A DNA stretch of 64,000 bases. Origin: the human T2T-CHM13v2.0 reference genome, Homo sapiens. The stretch lies in the NCBI RefSeq assembly GCF_009914755.1, contig NC_060933.1. One strand, given 5' to 3'. How positions within the stretch are numbered: the first letter of the stretch is position 1; each line of letters begins with the position of its first letter. A model generated the notes under the pieces. The model did not search any database. It had not been told where the DNA came from and saw nothing but the letters and a program-made list of their open reading frames with translations. Below are positions 58,926-64,000 of the stretch, piece after piece. Both the position numbers and the translations under genes were made by a program.

Positions 58926-59128
58926 TAATGACATGTTATGTATATTACAGAAATTCAAAATCATGTAATGTACCTGCTCAGTGAGGTATTGGTGTTTGCT
59001 TTATGAATAATGTCACTATTTCAAACAGCTAATTAAGTCAGTGTAAATTATGGCCCTCTGGGTGACATCTGTGTTTCACGATAAATGACATGAAATGGAT
59101 CCCGACTTTTTATTACAATTCTTCATAA

Positions 59129-59491
<363 letters not shown>

Positions 59492-60237
59492 TAATAAAGC
59501 TGGAGGCTTTGATTTCAAGGGGTTTTTTTGTGTTTGTGTTTTTTTTTTTTTTTTTTGAGACAAGATCTCACTCTGTCGCCCAGGCTAGAGTGCAGTGATG
59601 CGATCTCGCCTCACTGAAGCCTGGACCTCCTGGACTCAAGTGATCCTCCCACCTTAGCCTTCTGAGTAGCTGGTACTACAGGTGCACACCACTATGCCTG
59701 GCTAATTTTTTTTTTTTGGTAGAGATGGAGTTTCACCATGTTGCCCAGGCTGGTCTTGAACTCCTGAGCTCAAGTGATCTGCCCACCTAGGCTTCTCAAA
59801 GTGCTGGGATTACAGGTGTGCGTCACCGCACCTGGCCTGATTTCAGGTTCTTTTACTTACTGGCAGTGATTATGCAACTTCAGGTATAAGGTTTCCATGC
59901 TGCACCATGGGCCAGGGGTCTAAAATTGGAGTGTCCACAGCATGTTCTACTGTTATGAGGTTAAAAAAAAAATGATTTTGCTTAAGCTATAAACTATGAG
60001 TCTTGGTTAACTCGATAAATTTTAGAAAAGCAAGACAGTATCTTGATTTTTAAAATTATTTCATTTGCTCTCGAATATTTAATGCCAACAGTGTGCTAGG
60101 CACTGCTTTAAAGCTGAGTATATAGCAGTGATCAAGGTGATGGGCTTGCTTTTATGGTTTTAAGTTTGTTGTTGTTGTTAATTTTTATTTATTTTTTAGA
60201 GACAGAATCTCACTCTGTTGCCCAGGCTGGCATGTAG

Positions 60238-60459
<222 letters not shown>

Positions 60460-61131
60460 TGAGCCACCACACCTGGCTGGTCTTACATTTTAATGGGATA
60501 GTCAATACTAAATGTGAGATCAAGGACTGATAAGAGTGATGGAGAAAATAAAGCCGTGTTAGGGATAGATGATGACTGGTATGTGTTTGAGATTGTGTGT
60601 CAAGGGAGGCCAATTTGATACTTGAAAAAGATGTCTTGTTTTTAACTCTTTTGGATTTCTAATAAGGTTGAGTTTTTGAAATATGTTTATCTAGATGCCT
60701 TATTTTAAGATTAGAGGTTTTTTCTATTCTAGGGGATAATATTAACACTAGTATTTATTAACTGCTACTTATGTTTCATGTACTGGGCTGGAAGTTTTGT
60801 ATGTATCATTTCATTTTACACTTTACAGTAGCCTCTGAAGTAGGCTTAGTAGGTCTAGTATACACATGAGAACACTAAGTATCAGGAAGGTTGAAAAATC
60901 TGCATGTCTCGTGGGCAGAAAGTGGCAGAACAGAGTTTAAATGCAGTTCGGTTGATGGCCAATGTTTGTACTCCTTGTACTAAGTGCTGCCTTTATACCA
61001 TGTCCGTATATCTGGACTTTGAGTAAATATTCTCATATAACTTTAAATGATTTATTATTTGAGATTCTTTTGCTGTGGGATCTGAGAAAAATTGCACATG
61101 AGAATTTTTTTTCTTGCTTTGTTCATTGTAG

Positions 61132-61239
<108 letters not shown>

Positions 61240-62173
61240 TGAGCAGAGAGTCTGGACAGGGCATTCCTGCTCTCACTGGAAGATCACACCTGAGTCACCT
61301 TGTCCCATGTTGAAATCTTTTCTGATTGATTGATTGATGGATTGGCAGGGTCTCACTCCATTACCCAGGCTGGAGTGCAGTGGCACGATTGTAGCTCACA
61401 GAAGCCTGGAACTCCCAGGCTCAAGTGATCCTTCCACCTCAGCCTCCCAGATGGGACTACAAGCACATGCCACCACACCTGGCTTATTTTTAAATAAGTT
61501 TTTTGGTTTTTGTTTTTTGTTTTTAGAGATGGGATCTTGCTATGTTGCTCAGACTGGCTTCCCAAAGTACTGAGATTACAGGTGTGAGCTACCGCACCCA
61601 GCCTGAAATCTTTTCCATTACAGAGGAAAATGGAGGCTGAGATGCCTTGAACATATTTTCAGCTGATTCTTGATAATGTCTTTCTATTATTTCTGTTTCC
61701 CCAATCTTGAATTATTTATCTTAAATACATACTAATTTCAAAAATCTAATTTTCTCAATAACCCCTAGTGATGACTTACGAAAATATTGATATTCAAGGA
61801 ATATATTAAAAGTTTCCTGAGAGCAGAGTTGCCCTTTGGAATGGAGATTACTCAAAGCAAAGCTTCCATCCCTCTAGCTACATTATTCTGCCTTTGGATG
61901 GCATATTGATTGTGAACTGTGACTTGATTCTGTTGTGTCTTTCCTTTGTCTTCATGTAGGTAGGCACTGAGCTGATTCTACAGGGCTTTCTCACAGAAAC
62001 TAAAAAGTTCAGCTTTACATCTAGAATCTTCCCACCTTTGTTCAACCAGATAAAAAACCTTACTCTCTCTTTGACATGTGGAGGCAGCCCTCACAGGTGT
62101 TACCTGCAGACCCAGGTTAGCTTAGAACTATTGCTGTATTTGAACGTAATGGTCTCTGGTTTTATTCTTTAAG

Positions 62174-62240
62174 GGATTTAGTGCTGGCAGCATCTGCGGC
62201 TTCAACAGAAGTTAGTATCCTTGCTCGACAAAGTGATCAG
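62174..62240 (+). CDS. NUP214: NUP214 exon 9, W|[22 protein letters not shown] (gene continues beyond the window)
   Basis: ctttaag| acceptor, CAG|gtaaat donor; exons 1-9 sum to 1005 nt in frame. Confidence 0.95.
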
Positions 62241-64000
62241 GTAAATCTCTTTTTTGTCACTTCTGTGGTGCTTTCTTTTTTAAATTATTATTTTGAGACA
62301 GTCTCGCTCTGTTGTCCAGGCTGGAGTGCAGTGGTGCAATTTCAGCTTACTGCAACCTCTGCCTTCCAAGTTCAAGCAATTTTGTGCCTCAGCCTCCCAA
62401 GTAGCTGGGACTGTAGGCGCGGGCCACCACACCTGGCTGATTTTTATATTTTTAGTAGTGACTGGGTTTCGCCATGTTGGCCAGGCTGGTCACAAACTCC
62501 TGATGGTACTTTTCTGAAAAAGATTTTGGAGGGAATTAACTATATGTGGTTAAGGTATACATGATCTCACATCTGTTTTATCAAGTTTCTGCGTGACAGC
62601 AAAGCTTCAGTGACAGAGTGCCTTGGCCAAATGGCTTGGCTATTGCATGGAGAAACACGGGTGTCAGACTTAGCACTTCCTTCGCTTCTGTTCTTTTAGG
62701 ATCCAACCCCTGTCTGTGGAAACATACCATGCAGTTAACCTCCAACTGGAGTATGCCTGATGTGTAGGCGGCTTTTTCTGCCTTGTCCTGTTTTGTCATC
62801 TTTGTTTTATTCCTGTTGCTTGAAACAACTTCTATACAATTTAATGATAATCCATCCTCAGTTATGAAAGAAAAACATGCAGATGACACTAAATTGTGAT
62901 TCACCAGAAGTACTTTCTGTTTGACTTTGAAAAACTGTCAGAAGGAGCAAAGCACCTTTGCATACAAGAACCTTCTTTCACGTTGTCTTTCTTGCAGGGA
63001 CACAGTGGGCCCAGGTAGTGGTGGTGCGCTATCCACTTGTAGATTTTGCAGAATGACTGTAGAGAGGGCACAACGAAAGAAGGGAAACTTCTTTTTAAAA
63101 CTGGCTTGAACTTAAAAATCTTTAGTGCACCCTTATAAATAAGAAGCAAGTGCTTCTCCTCCCCACATGGATACTTTGTGCTCCACCCATACATAGGTAC
63201 TTTGTGCCTCTTCAACCATTGGCATTTATCTGTCACTCTCTGGGTGGCCAGGTGGCCCATTAGGAGGGCCATGGCTCTCATTGTCTAGGGGTGGCTGCTT
63301 TTGGATGAGGCTAGAGTTCAGCCATCTGATTTGCTGCTCTAGAACTATCTTAGATTGACCTCAGTAATAATTTCTTATTAGTACAAGTATTTCATATGTT
63401 CACACATTAAAAATGCAATTTTATTTTTACTTTCTATCAGAATAATTTATGTTCATGTTTTTGAAAAGTAAATAGTAGAGAAGGGCTTATAAGTGAAAAG
63501 AATCACCCCTGCCCTACCTGTTTGCTTTCTAGAGGGGACTGTTTTTAATTTGTAAACATTTTCTTATAATGCTGCCACCTTATCCCTAAAGAAAAATCTG
63601 CTTTATAACTAGTAATTGGTTATTAGTTTTAGACCTTACTGACTGTACGGCAAATGATGATCTAGCTCACACATGGCCCCCAGTCCCCTCCTTCCTCTCA
63701 AGAGTTACAGCGTTGTTTTAATTTCTTATCTTGGTGAACCTTTGTAATTTTAATTGGTGTTTTTTACCCTCATTTCTGGTGGTATCTTTTTTTTTTTTTT
63801 TTTTTTTTTGAGGCCAAGTCTCACTTTGTCACCCAGTGCATTGGCGCCATCTTGGCTCACTGCAACCTCCGCCTCCCTGGTTCAAGCGATTCTCATGCCT
63901 CAGCCTCCTAGTAGCTGGGACTGTAGGCATGCGCCAACACGCCTGGCTAATTTTTGTATTTTTTAGTAGAGACAGGTTTTTGCCTTGTTGGCCAGGCTGG

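Noticed and set aside
62581-63281. Non-Alu minus-strand ORFs of 107 and 126 aa in NUP214 intron 9
   Set aside because: No recognisable domain and no evident promoter, poly(A) tail or TSD; lengths are compatible with chance.

Overview
Human genomic DNA, recognised from the translated exons as the 9q34 LAMC3-AIF1L-NUP214 interval. It holds three tandem + strand protein-coding genes. (1) The last 8 coding exons and 3'UTR of LAMC3 (laminin gamma-3 coiled coil, ending ...ENCASWQ*, stop at 18012). (2) The complete AIF1L gene: 6 coding exons, 453 nt, 150 aa EF-hand actin-binding protein, CpG-island promoter with a 19-bp G-rich minisatellite and a ~2.8 kb 3'UTR. (3) The promoter and first 9 coding exons of NUP214 (1005 nt, aa 1-335, N-terminal beta-propeller). 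I located all exon boundaries by hand and their reading-frame phases are mutually consistent. The introns are very Alu-rich (over 50 copies) and also carry MIR, L2, old L1M, an L1PA 3' end, DNA-transposon fragments and a U6 snRNA pseudogene. Repeat boundaries are approximate. Most entries in the ORF track are Alu-derived or GC-rich noise. I found no new multi-gene system. The best leads are small: hidden exons (a MIR-associated GC-donor cassette exon in AIF1L, an in-frame Alu exon and a 26-nt micro-exon in LAMC3), an in-frame upstream ATG that could extend NUP214 by 41 aa, and several locally templated duplication or insertion scars.
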